Assembly: GCA_963789265.1 (NCBI GenBank)
Contig: CAWBKB010000004.1
Location: 263,998 to 327,997 of the forward strand
Direction of reading: 5' to 3'
DNA from: an uncultured delta proteobacterium
GTDB lineage: Bacteria > Desulfobacterota > Desulfomonilia > Desulfomonilales > Desulfomonilaceae
DNA length: 64,000 bases
The notes beneath the pieces are model-generated. The model was not told the origin of the DNA, searched no databases, and saw only the letters and a program-made list of their open reading frames with translations. The position numbers were made by a program, and so were the translations under genes. Shown piece after piece: positions 9,765 to 19,540 of this stretch (position 1 is the first letter of the stretch; each line of letters opens with the position of its first letter).

Positions 9765-10310
9765 CTAGATAAATAGCTGATTGCTCGATTCTTTGGCATG
9801 AGCAAGAAATGTGGCCACCCCCACGTACTCGAGGTTCGGGTAGTCGATGATCTCCTCGTGTTTGAAGCCCATCAGGTCCATGGACATCTCGCAGACCTTG
9901 ATTTCCACCCCGAGTTGGGCTGCAAGTTCAAAAAGCTGATCCAGGCTGGGGGCGTTTTTCTTCTTCATGAGCCCCTTCATCATGGCCGTTCCCATTCCAC
10001 CCATGTTCATTTGTGAAAGCTTCACCCTGTTGCGGCCTTTGGGCAGCATCCAGCCGAACATTTTGGACATGAAGTCCTTGCCGTTAACGTTGGCATCCGG
10101 CTTGCGAAGCGCCGCGGTGCCCCAGAACGTGAAGAATTGGACAACTTTCATCCCCATCGCGGCAGCGCCGGTGGCGATGATCATTGCTGCCAGCAATTTG
10201 TCGAGATCTCCGGAGAACACGACCATTGCGAGTTTGTTCTGCTTGCCGGCGCCGAGCTCCTCGACTTTTTTCTCCAACTCCGCTAGTTGAACCAGTGCAT
10301 CTGCGCTCAT
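9765..10310 (-). CDS. DsrE/DsrF-like (DsrE2/DsrE3-type) sulfur-relay protein
   Basis: 181 aa with LAMVVFSGDLDKLLAAMIIATGAAAMG and a C-terminal KVCEMSMDLMG cysteine motif. First gene of the operon, preceded by a GGAGGA RBS. Confidence 0.75.
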   Translation of the reverse strand: MSADALVQLAELEKKVEELGAGKQNKLAMVVFSGDLDKLLAAMIIATGAAAMGMKVVQFFTFWGTAALRKPDANVNGKDFMSKMFGWMLPKGRNRVKLSQMNMGGMGTAMMKGLMKKKNAPSLDQLFELAAQLGVEIKVCEMSMDLMGFKHEEIIDYPNLEYVGVATFLAHAKESSNQLFI

Positions 10311-10765
10311 TTACTGTTCCTCCATTTGTGTTACGGCAGCAGGTGCCGTTATTGATTTACCTGCCGAGGGCTGAGTCAAAGCGCCCAGCGGCGGCCACAA
10401 ACATACAGGTATGTCCATATATGAATAGAATAATACCGAGACGGTTTTGGATTGTCAATCATTTTTGTCGAGAAAGGTCATGTTCACAGACTCTCTCATT
10501 GACTAAATCGGTAAGGAACCGCTAGGTAGACTGGAATCATGGTGAGCGGAGAAGAAGTCGAAAAAGCAGACAAAAAAAGTAGCCGAACTCAGGACCCAGG
10601 CGAAGGGGGAGGAAAAGGGAGAGGATGAAGATTCTGTAAGAGGTGGCGATGCCCGTGGTTCTGGGGAACCACTCCGTTCCAACCAGGGCGGCGACTTAGG
10701 TTTTGGCCGTTGTAGAGCGGCCCGTGGCCGCTCCCGCGAACGCGGGGCGTCGGGCACGGCCCGAC

Positions 10766-10999
10766 CTACCAGTTTGTCTTATCCCGTTTGTTTCGATCCC
10801 ATATCTCCTTCTTTGGGTGGTCTCTCTTGCACTGTTCCACACACTGAGAGTAGAGGCTAGGCTTGCGGATCCGATCAAAATTGAGTTGACAGTAAGTCAG
10901 GCACGATTGCAAACCCGAATCATCGGCCTCCGGCACCTGCGGCAGTCCACAGGCAAGCGCACCGAGCAGAAGAGAAAACAACAAAGTCTTTATTAACAT
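10766..10999 (-). CDS. Small putative lipoprotein, cysteine-containing, no recognisable family
   Basis: 77 aa. AAGGAG RBS 7 nt upstream. Signal peptide ending in the lipobox-like LGALAC. Three GC-rich hairpins follow the stop. Confidence 0.45.
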   Translation of the reverse strand: MLIKTLLFSLLLGALACGLPQVPEADDSGLQSCLTYCQLNFDRIRKPSLYSQCVEQCKRDHPKKEIWDRNKRDKTNW

Positions 11000-11293
11000 A
11001 GCCGGTCTCCTTGAAGGGCAAAATCGGGGTCCCCAGGATCTCTCCGGAGAGATCGGCCCCGGGCCCGGGATTCAATATTTCCGAGAAGACAGCATGTCCG
11101 CATGATATGGTACCATGAGCGAATAATACTCTGATACCCATTCGCTTTCAAACAAGTGAGAATGGGCCGATAACAAACGGCACTGACCTGGGGCCATGCT
11201 GGTGCCTCTCGCGGAACGCGGGAGGCTTTGTCAGATCCGTGCTGCATTTCCTTGATTGTTCACCGTTTGATCGCGCACAGGTATGGGCCGCTC

Positions 11294-12799
11294 TCACTTG
11301 GCGAATCCTCCCGGGGTTTTCATGTATAAGATGCCATACCTTTTCTGGATTTCATTATCCAATACTTGAGCGTTCCCAAAGTCAATAGGCAACTGAAGAT
11401 TTTCGGATACCTCGAGGAGAACCTTCTTTTTACCTTGCTTAATAGAAGATTGGATTGTGTTGTACATTTGCTCGATGTTCAGGATTTTTTCCCCGTTTAT
11501 TTTCTTGACCCTCTTCAAATAGGGAGTTGCGTTCACCAATCCGTATTCCGGGAATACTTCCGAAATGATGACTATTTTTTCGTACGGACGTTTCGGAAAC
11601 CTGTCCAGGTACTTGGCCCGAAACGTGTCGCCCGACTTCCCCAAGTTGTCAATGCAATTCAGGGAAAGTTCTACAAATCCTATGCCGTCGTAGATGAAAT
11701 AATTCGCCCGCCTAAAGAGCTTGGAAACGAGCCTCGGCAGGTCTTTTCCGACCTTTCCGGCGATCTCCAGCGGTTTTCCGTCACGAATCACCTTTACGAC
11801 GAGGGGGTCTCCGACTTTCTTGCGGTTGAGGATTTCTCTAAAAGGGACTTTCTGTCCAAGAGGCTGAAAGTAGATCTCGCCAAAATTGTCAACCGCATGT
11901 CCGTCGATCTCCACTAAAATATCATGCGCCCGGAGTCCGAATTCATAAGGACCGCCGCCCGGTACTAGATAGGTTAAGAGGATTCCGCCCTGGTTCGGGC
12001 TGAGATTGTAGTAATTCTTCAACCCGGGAAACATCTGTTGGACCTGATACCGCCAAATGGGAATCTGATCCTGCTCGTGCAGAAGGGGCATCAGCGTCTT
12101 CACAAGGTTGACGGGAATGAAGTAATTGATCCGGTCTCCAATTTGTATGCCCTGAAAGCTGATGCCAACCACCACATCATTCATCAGGACGGGCCCTCCG
12201 GAGTTGCCGCGATTTTGCTGAAGCGAAGCTTGGACCATCAGCCATTTATCCTTGGAATACGCGTACGTGTTCACCTCTATTCTACTGATTTCTCCCTGCT
12301 CCGATTTGCTGATCCGTTCCCCGCCTAACGGGTAACCCCACCCAAGAACCTTGTCCCCCACGCGAAGCTTGTCGCTGTCGCCCAGCGCTAGAGGGACAAT
12401 TTTACCGTTACGCTGTTCATAGTCGGCCAGTTCATGAGATTCCATCTTTAGGACTGCAAAATCCGCGCTGTCACACATCCCAACGATTTTTACTTCATAG
12501 CGCCTTTTTTCGCGCCCGTTGGATACCTTAATACTTTGCGCCATGCTGACCGCGTGCGCGTTCGTGAGGATGAGCCCTTTCTCACCCGGAAAGTTCTTTT
12601 CATCCTTGAAAAAAAACCCGCTTGCCTTGACTTGATTGAAGTCGGGGCTTTTCCACGGCTTGTGATAGTAAGATGACTTTTTCGTAGAGAACACTCGCAG
12701 CACCTGCGTTTCGATTGACGCGATAGGTTGGGCTGCGCATAAAGCAGCAGAGGCTAAGAAGATTGGGACAAGCCAAAAAACCATCAAACGATGCTTCAT
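11294..12799 (-). CDS. Trypsin-like serine protease with PDZ-like C-terminal region (HtrA/DegP-like)
   Basis: GNSGGPVL catalytic serine motif. N-terminal signal peptide (MKHRLMVFWLVPIFLASAALCA). Start ATG 12799 is preceded by GGAGGAG. Confidence 0.8.
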   Translation of the reverse strand: MKHRLMVFWLVPIFLASAALCAAQPIASIETQVLRVFSTKKSSYYHKPWKSPDFNQVKASGFFFKDEKNFPGEKGLILTNAHAVSMAQSIKVSNGREKRRYEVKIVGMCDSADFAVLKMESHELADYEQRNGKIVPLALGDSDKLRVGDKVLGWGYPLGGERISKSEQGEISRIEVNTYAYSKDKWLMVQASLQQNRGNSGGPVLMNDVVVGISFQGIQIGDRINYFIPVNLVKTLMPLLHEQDQIPIWRYQVQQMFPGLKNYYNLSPNQGGILLTYLVPGGGPYEFGLRAHDILVEIDGHAVDNFGEIYFQPLGQKVPFREILNRKKVGDPLVVKVIRDGKPLEIAGKVGKDLPRLVSKLFRRANYFIYDGIGFVELSLNCIDNLGKSGDTFRAKYLDRFPKRPYEKIVIISEVFPEYGLVNATPYLKRVKKINGEKILNIEQMYNTIQSSIKQGKKKVLLEVSENLQLPIDFGNAQVLDNEIQKRYGILYMKTPGGFAK

Positions 12800-13109
12800 A
12801 CTGACAAACTCCTCCGGCAATAGTGCCATCCGGTCTTAAATTCGAGCAAATAGGAGCAAAAACACCATGTAACCCGTACCATTACCATGTGGTTTTGGCA
12901 ATACTACGTGTTTGTGCTCTGAGGGCCGGCTGAAACATTGTTCCGGATCAAGTCGCAACGGACTTTTCAGGATTGTATCTCAGTTGCACCTAACGGCCGT
13001 GCGACATTTCTCGGTTAAGCGGTGCGGATGCTGTTAGCATCTACATTGACGCATGTCCGGTCAATGTTTACCTTATTGCCAGAGAGAAAATGTTGTGAGG
13101 TGAAAAACA

Positions 13110-13409
13110 ATGTTCATGATGTACGAAACGCTGGTTCTGGCCTTTATTGCGCTAATTACTCCTCTTTTCGGAAAACTGGCCGGCTATGAATTGCGGCGAA
13201 AGCCATTTGAACTCGTCGCGGTTTCGGGCCTGTTCTTCTTGCTCACCGTGGCCTTTGGGATTCTGCCGCTTCAGGGAACTTTCCTGACGTCGATCTGGAC
13301 TTTCTTGGGCATAATTTCGTACTTCGTCGGTTGGTTTGCCTTGCTCGTCGGGGCAATATGGGAATTGATAGGCGTGCTGAGCATCCCGGAAGCAAGAGAA
13401 CATGCCTAA
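13110..13409 (+). CDS. Small hydrophobic membrane protein (three predicted helices), unknown function
   Basis: 99-aa ORF, strongly hydrophobic, followed by a clear intrinsic terminator. Confidence 0.5.
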   Translation: MFMMYETLVLAFIALITPLFGKLAGYELRRKPFELVAVSGLFFLLTVAFGILPLQGTFLTSIWTFLGIISYFVGWFALLVGAIWELIGVLSIPEAREHA

Positions 13410-13470
13410 CGATATCGAGTCCGCACTTGTGTGAGTTGGGCTTCCCACAAATCTTCTCGTAAATGTAAGC

Positions 13471-13511
13471 AACTACTCTCTTATCTGCATAAGGTGGAGA
13501 GTAGTTTTTTT
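13471..13511 (+). terminator. Rho-independent terminator
   Basis: aactactctc (13471-13480) pairs with gagagtagtt (about 13497-13506). A T-run of about seven follows. Confidence 0.65.
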
Positions 13512-13574
13512 CTCAGCATCCCACTACAGGAACCGTCCTTGGCGAGGTAACCGTTCACTTGGCGATGGGAAATT

Positions 13575-13659
13575 GTCATTGCGAGGAGTGAAGCGACGAA
13601 GCAATCTCGGTTCTAGACGCTCTCCAGAAATTAGATTGCTTCGCTTCGCTCGCAATGAC
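13575..13659. repeat. Palindromic REP-like element, GTCATTGCGAG...GAAGCAATC family
   Basis: gtcattgcgaggagtgaagcgacgaagcaatc (13575-13606) and gattgcttcgcttcgctcgcaatgac (13634-13659) are inverted arms. Confidence 0.8.
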
Positions 13660-13869
13660 ACCGGTTGGAACAGATCGGTGCCCCCGGATAACCGAAAGGA
13701 TACTTGGCGAGATGTCTATGTTTTGAGTTTTTCCGCGAGGCATGTTAACATCATATTACTTTATTGAAGGGGCCCTTTGACCCTCCGGAGAATTGATGTT
13801 AACCGCGCAGGGCGGAACTGTGCATGCTTTTTCAGTAGTGCGAATTGGCTGATTTGGAGGCAATTGCTC

Positions 13870-14637
13870 ATGGGTGTGGGGGTGCTTGGCAATCTATCGA
13901 ATGATAAAAAATGTCTCTGCGAGGATTTGGGGGTAATCGGCGTTTCCGAGGCTGAGCGGCTTATGTCCGCATGGCAAGCCCTCCATGTTTCCGGAAATGT
14001 TCCGGATATATTGCTGTTCCTTGCGCACCCGAAGACAGTAGCGGTGGGGCTACGAGACAGGCGCGTGCACTGGCCGAAGGACCTCCTGGTAAGCACGAAA
14101 CGGCTCGAAGATGAGGGGATTGCCCTAGCCCGCTCTCTGCGTGGGGGGGGCATCACGTATCATTGGCCCGGCCAGAGAGTCTGCTATCCGGTGCTAGCTC
14201 TGCATCCCGATGAGAGAGACGTGCCACTGTATATGCAAAAGCTCGAGCAGGTCTGCATCGAAGCATTGCGTTGTTTCGATGTGGAGGCCAAACGTCGTCG
14301 GGAAAGCCCTGCGCATGTGGGATTGTGGCTGGACGGAAGAAAACTTGTTTCTATGGGGGTTCGCGTAAGTAGCTGGGTGACGAGCTTCGGCTTTGCGTTG
14401 AACCTCGAAGGCGATCACCGCCCAGCTAACTATATAAGACCCTGTGGCCTTGAGGGAGTGAGGCTGACTACCCTCGAAGAAGTGCATGGGAAGGCTCCAC
14501 CTCGTTCATGGGTCATTGAAGCATTGACCAGAAGCTTCGTAAAGGTGTTCGGCCGGACCGTAGAACGAATTCCGGTCGGTTGTGTGAACGGGATCTGTTC
14601 CTCCGCGGAACGGACCCACGACTCCGTGACAGGATGA
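13870..14637 (+). CDS. lipB: Octanoyltransferase (lipoyl(octanoyl) transferase)
   Basis: Motifs RGGGITYHWPGQ, GRKLVSMGVRV (catalytic Lys region) and RPCGLEG (catalytic Cys). Start chosen at ATG 13870; the listed ORF begins further upstream. Confidence 0.8.
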   Translation: MGVGVLGNLSNDKKCLCEDLGVIGVSEAERLMSAWQALHVSGNVPDILLFLAHPKTVAVGLRDRRVHWPKDLLVSTKRLEDEGIALARSLRGGGITYHWPGQRVCYPVLALHPDERDVPLYMQKLEQVCIEALRCFDVEAKRRRESPAHVGLWLDGRKLVSMGVRVSSWVTSFGFALNLEGDHRPANYIRPCGLEGVRLTTLEEVHGKAPPRSWVIEALTRSFVKVFGRTVERIPVGCVNGICSSAERTHDSVTG

Positions 14638-14642
14638 GGCAC

Positions 14643-15704
14643 ATGGCAGAAAAAACCCTAATTCAGGTAATGGATCCTGCAGGTCGTGTGGATGAGTCCG
14701 CGATCAAGGAGATTTCCGAGTCAGAAATCAACAACATGTATCGGCTCATGGTTTTCACGCGCCTGTGGAATTCTAAGGCACTGAGCCTTCAACGCCAGGG
14801 GCGGCTCGGAACACTTGCTTCTGTGCGAGGCCAAGAAGCATCTAATGTGGGCATGGGCTTGGCGCTGGGACCGAAAGACTGGTTTTGTCCTGCATTCCGT
14901 GAATACGGCGCATTCTTTGCCAAAGGAGCGGATCCGGTGACGATGTTCCAGCACTGGGGCGGTGACGACCGGGGAGCCAAGCCGCCTGAGGACTCTAGGG
15001 TCTTGCCGGTCTGCATCACTGTGGGATCCCATCTTTGCCACGCTGCCGGGATAGCCTGGGGGGCCAAAATTCGCGGGGAACGAATTGCCGTGCTGTCCAG
15101 TTCGGGGGACGGCTCAACCTCTCAGGGAGATTTCCACGAAAGCCTGAACTTCGCGGGCGTGTTCAAGCTTCCGGTTGTATTCGCAATTCAAAACAATCAT
15201 TGGGCTATATCCGTTCCCGTGGAACACCAGACCGCGACTGAAACCCTGTCTGAAAAGGCGTGCGCTTACAACATAGAGGGAGCACGGGTTGACGGTAACG
15301 ACGTTTTCGCAGTGTACTTGACCTTGAAACGCATGCTGGACAAGGCGAGGTCGGATTTTCAACCATCACTGGTGGAGTTGGTCACATACAGGGTGGATGA
15401 TCATACCACTTCGGATGACGCCAGCAGATACCGCAAAGAAGAAATTCTGGCGCCGTGGCGTGAAAAAGACCCTATCGACAGGATGCGCAAATACTTGATG
15501 GCCGAGAGAGGGTGGGACGACAAAAAAGAAGAGCAATTGGTAACTGAATGCACAGACGAGATAGAGCAGGCTGTTCGCGATTTTGAAGCCTTAGAGCCGG
15601 CCCATCCAACCCATATATTTGATTATGAGTACGCAGAAATGCCCTGGCATCTACGAGAGCAGAAAGAAGAAATGCTTGAACATCTGGGCGAGTCCAAGAG
15701 GTGA
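14643..15704 (+). CDS. 2-oxoacid dehydrogenase E1 component alpha subunit (TPP-dependent; substrate not assignable)
   Basis: ATG at 14643 (MAEKTLIQV). Family-typical LQRQGRLGT, SSSGDGSTSQGDFHESLNFA (TPP motif) and FAIQNNHWAIS. Confidence 0.9.
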   Translation: MAEKTLIQVMDPAGRVDESAIKEISESEINNMYRLMVFTRLWNSKALSLQRQGRLGTLASVRGQEASNVGMGLALGPKDWFCPAFREYGAFFAKGADPVTMFQHWGGDDRGAKPPEDSRVLPVCITVGSHLCHAAGIAWGAKIRGERIAVLSSSGDGSTSQGDFHESLNFAGVFKLPVVFAIQNNHWAISVPVEHQTATETLSEKACAYNIEGARVDGNDVFAVYLTLKRMLDKARSDFQPSLVELVTYRVDDHTTSDDASRYRKEEILAPWREKDPIDRMRKYLMAERGWDDKKEEQLVTECTDEIEQAVRDFEALEPAHPTHIFDYEYAEMPWHLREQKEEMLEHLGESKR

Positions 15705-15707
15705 ATC

Positions 15708-16689
15708 ATGGCGCGTTTATCAATGGTTGAAGCCATCAACCGCACGTTGCACGAGCTTATGCAAAAGGACGAGAGAATTGTCGTGATGGGCGAGGACGTG
15801 GCGGTGGATGGGGGCGTTTTCAGAGCCACAGTAGGGCTCCTTGACAAGTTCGGCTCTGCGCGGGTTATCGACACACCCCTGGCAGAGAGCAGCATAGTCG
15901 GCACGGCAATAGGAATGGCAATTTATGGGATGCGCCCAGTTGCCGAGATCCAATTTGAGGGATTCATGTTCAAGGGCTACGACCAGGTTTACAGCCATGC
16001 CGCCAGAATGCGCAAACGCTCTCAAGGGCTTTACGAGGTCCCGCTGGTCATTCGAGCCCCTTATGGCGCGGGGGTCAGGGCACTTGAGCATCACTCCGAC
16101 GCTCCGGAGGTTTCTTTTTGCGCATCTTCCCGGTATGAAAGTGGTCATACCATCCACGCCGTCGGACGCCAAAGGACTTCTGACTTCTGCCATTGAAGAT
16201 CCGGACCCGGTCATCTTTCTTGAGCCCAAACGCCTTTACCGGCTCTTCAAAGAAGAAGTTCCCGACGGGGATCATCGTGTTCCGATCGGAGACGCTCGAA
16301 TAGTTCGGGAAGGTAAAGACATATCTGTCATCACGTATGGCGGGATGGTGTCGGTCTGTGAAAGGGCAGCTCAACATGTAGAAAAGGAAGGAGTTGACGC
16401 GGAAGTGGTCGATCTGCGGACGGTCTGGCCGTTTGACATCGATGCGATTACGTCTTCAGTGAAGAAAACCGGCCGCCTGGTTATCGTCCATGAGGCTCCG
16501 CGCTCGTTTGGGGTTGGGGCGGAAATATCCGCGGAGGTGGGAGAGCGCTGTCTGCTTTCCCTGTTGGCGCCGATAAAACGTGTCACCGGATACGATGTAA
16601 TACCACCATTGTCCAAGCTTGAAGAGTATAACTATCCTGACTCCGAACGAGTTGTAAGGGCCATCCACGACACCATGGAATTTGAGTAA
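15708..16689 (+). pseudogene. 2-oxoacid dehydrogenase E1 beta subunit, frame disrupted at T-rich tract 16111-16119
   Basis: The N-half is in ORF 15708..16196 (VIDTPLAESSIVGTAIGMA...GVRALEHHSDAPE). The C-half is in the +1 frame, ORF 15925..16689 (FAHLPGMKVVIPSTPSDAKGLL...). The junction is gaggtttctttttgcgcat, which has one nucleotide too many. Confidence 0.8.
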
Positions 16690-16717
16690 TTATTACGGTT
16701 CAGGGAGGATCTTGCTC

Positions 16718-18026
16718 ATGAGAGAAGTATTCAGGCTTCCCGACGTAGGGGAGGGAATTGCTGAAGCGGAAATCGTCGAGTACCTGGTTAAGGTCGGCGA
16801 CAATGTCAAGGCAGATCAGCCTGTTGTTCGCATAGAAACGGATAAGGCAGTGGTGGAACTCCCCGCTCCTGTGACAGGGAAGGTGGTGGAAATCCCCAAC
16901 GAGCCGGGGAGCACCATTCGGGTGGGAGATCCGTTGCTGATAATCGAGACCGAAGCTGAAGCCAAGAAAGGGAAAGCCGAAGCCGGGGAGCGCCCTAAGC
17001 CTGCCCCCAAGGAGGAAAAGGAGGAAGCTGAACGGAAGCCGGAGCCCAAGCGGGAAAAGGCCAAGGCTGAGGAGCGGGAGGAGGAGCCGCCGAAAGAGGC
17101 ACCTGAAGCCCCAAGGGTCCTGGCGACCCCGCACACTCGGCGCCTTGCACGGGAACTTAAAGTCGATATAAGCACCGTGAAAGGTTCAGGCTCGCACCGA
17201 CGCATAACAGACGATGATGTGCGAAAGGCCGCTGAAAAGGCCCCATCTCCACGGCCCAAGGGACCCACCGCCGCGGCAATTCAGGCTCCTGCAACCGCGG
17301 GGTTTGATTTCGAAAAGTACGGTCCCACCAGACGTGTCCCGCTAAAAGGCGTGCGCAAGCGTATTGCTGAAGTCATGGTGCGGTCCGTATCGACTGTTCC
17401 GCATGTTACGCATTTTGATGAAGCCGACGTGACCGAACTCCTCGAGGTGGTGGACCACGAGCGGACCCTGGCCGAACGCCGCGGCATCAAGCTTACGATC
17501 CTTTCCTTTTTGGCCAAGGCGTGCACCGCAGCGCTAAAGGAGCACCCGGCGGTCAATTGTTCGCTCGATGAGGAGACGGGTGAGTTAGTTTACAAGGACT
17601 ACTATCATATTGGTTTTGCCACGGATACCGAAGCGGGTCTGATGGTCCCGGTGGTGCGCGACGTGGACAAGAAGTCGATCCTGCAAATTGCTGAAGATTT
17701 ACAAGAATTGAGCCGAAATGCACGAGACAGAACCATAGATTTGGAGAGTTTGCGGGGAGGTGACTTTCACTATCACCAATGTCGGCGCCATCGGCGGTAA
17801 CTGGGCAACGCCAATCATACTGCACCCGCAGGTCGCGATATTGTGCTCACTGCGAGCCGCGCCCAAGCCTGTGGTACGTGACGGGCAAGTGGTGATCCGT
17901 ACCATGATGCCACTGACGCTTTCATTCGATCATCGCGTCCTGGATGGGGCTACTGCCGGTCGCTTTGTCAATTTTGTCATCGACCTGCTGGAAGATCCCC
18001 TGCGCATGCTGGTGGACGTAGCTTGA
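16718..18026 (+). pseudogene. Dihydrolipoamide acyltransferase E2 (lipoyl, E3-binding and catalytic domains), frame disrupted near 17755-17762
   Basis: Lipoyl motif VRIETDKAVVELPAP and PSBD LATPHTRRLARELKVDISTVKGSG are present. The frame changes inside the conserved LRGG-TFTITNVG motif (ggggaggtgactttc). The C-terminal SFDHRVLDGA is in ORF 17760..18026. Confidence 0.8.
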
Positions 18027-18089
18027 TGGTATCATGAGTGAAACTTGAGCTTTCAGACGGAATTGTTACATTTTTGAGGAGGAACTATC

Positions 18090-19508
18090 ATGGTCGTAGG
18101 TGATTTCGCCCAGGGCACACAGGTTGCCGTGATCGGCAGCGGTGTGGGAGGATATGTTGCGGCTATTCGGGCCGCCCAGTTGGGCCTGGAGGTCACTCTG
18201 GTCGAAAAGGGAATCCTGGGTGGGGTTTGCCTCAATGTGGGCTGCATTCCTTCCAAAGCGTTGATATATGTGGCCGATCTGAAGGATCGCATCGAACATG
18301 CCGATAAGATCGGCTTGATCACCACTACAGTCAAGGTGGACATTCCAAAGCTGGTGCAATGGAAGGATCAAGTCGTCAAGAAACTCCGCAAGGGGGTAGA
18401 GACCCTTCTCTCCCACCATAAAGTCGAAGTAGTCGCAGGCACGGCGCATCTCACAGGAGATCGGTCTTTCACAGTGGAAGGGCCTGACGGTGTGCACCGC
18501 TTCGAGTTCCAACATGCCATTCTGGCCACAGGCTCATCGCCCGCGCAGCTTCCCGGCATCCCTTATGACGGCAAGATCGTCATTGATTCAACGGATGCCC
18601 TGAAGCCGCAGAATATACCTGGTCGGCTCATCGTGGTTGGGGCCGGCTCAGTAGGGCTGGAAATGGGAATGCTGTATGCGAAGTTGGGCAGTGAAGTAAC
18701 GATGCTGGATAGTGCCGACAAGCTGCTTCCCACACTGGATCCCCAAATTGCCAGGGTCATCGAGCGGGCGCTCAATAGGCTCAATGTGAAGCTGATATTG
18801 GGAGCGAAGGTGAAGGAGTTGAAGAAAGTAGATTCCGGCGCTGAATTGCACTACATCACCCCAAAAGGGGAAGAATCCTCGGAGGCGGATCAGATCCTCG
18901 TTGGAATCGGCCGACGCCCCAACACAAGCGACCTGGGAATAGAGAAAGCGGGAATTAAGCTTGATTCAAGAGGATTCGTCGTAGTAAACGAGCGCATGGA
19001 GACGTCAGTCCCCGGTATATTCGCAATCGGGGACATGGTAGCCGGACAAATGTTGGCCCACAAAGCCATGTACCAGGGAAAGGTGGCGGCGGAGGTAATA
19101 GCCGGGCAGCCCGCGGCATTTGAAGGAGTGGAGGTACCTGGAGTAATCTTCAGCGACCCGGAGATTGCCACCGTAGGCTTGACGGAACAGGAAGCCGAGG
19201 CCAGGAATATCAAGGTAAAGACAGGAGTCTTCCCTTTTAGGGCATCCGGCAGAGCGATGACGATGGGGGAAGAAAGCTACGGGTTCAGCAAAGTAGTGTC
19301 CGATGCGGAAACCGGCACAGTGCTGGGGGTACATATTGTAGGTCCGCATGCCTCGGATCTCATCTCGGAGGGGTGCCTGGCGGTCGCGTCCGTGTCCCAC
19401 GTGGACGATCTAACACTGACTATTCATCCTCACCCTACGCTCCCCGAAAGCATAGAAGAAGCCGCAGAGCAAGTAGAACACCGGGCGATCCACATCTTTA
19501 ACCCATAG
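18090..19508 (+). CDS. lpdA: Dihydrolipoyl dehydrogenase (E3)
   Basis: GSGVGGYVAAIRAAQLG (FAD), GGVCLNVGCIPSKAL redox disulfide and C-terminal HPHPTLPE motifs. Confidence 0.9.
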   Translation: MVVGDFAQGTQVAVIGSGVGGYVAAIRAAQLGLEVTLVEKGILGGVCLNVGCIPSKALIYVADLKDRIEHADKIGLITTTVKVDIPKLVQWKDQVVKKLRKGVETLLSHHKVEVVAGTAHLTGDRSFTVEGPDGVHRFEFQHAILATGSSPAQLPGIPYDGKIVIDSTDALKPQNIPGRLIVVGAGSVGLEMGMLYAKLGSEVTMLDSADKLLPTLDPQIARVIERALNRLNVKLILGAKVKELKKVDSGAELHYITPKGEESSEADQILVGIGRRPNTSDLGIEKAGIKLDSRGFVVVNERMETSVPGIFAIGDMVAGQMLAHKAMYQGKVAAEVIAGQPAAFEGVEVPGVIFSDPEIATVGLTEQEAEARNIKVKTGVFPFRASGRAMTMGEESYGFSKVVSDAETGTVLGVHIVGPHASDLISEGCLAVASVSHVDDLTLTIHPHPTLPESIEEAAEQVEHRAIHIFNP

Positions 19509-19540
19509 GGGAAGGGGTGGCATGGCAGGAGGAAAGTTTC

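Noticed and set aside
10503-10757. 84-aa minus-strand ORF downstream of the small lipoprotein gene
   Set aside because: Its translation is Pro/Ser/Arg-rich and low-complexity, and it spans three GC-rich hairpins. It has no RBS.
15720-16229. 169-aa minus-strand ORF and other antisense ORFs within the dehydrogenase operon (16700..17134, 16816..17268, 18066..18515)
   Set aside because: They lie opposite genes with unambiguous E1/E2/E3 motifs. The translations are low-complexity.
16111-17762. Programmed ribosomal frameshifting in the E1 beta and E2 genes
   Set aside because: Neither site has a slippery heptamer with a downstream structure. Both shifts fall inside universally conserved motifs where a simple 1-nt indel restores the canonical sequence.
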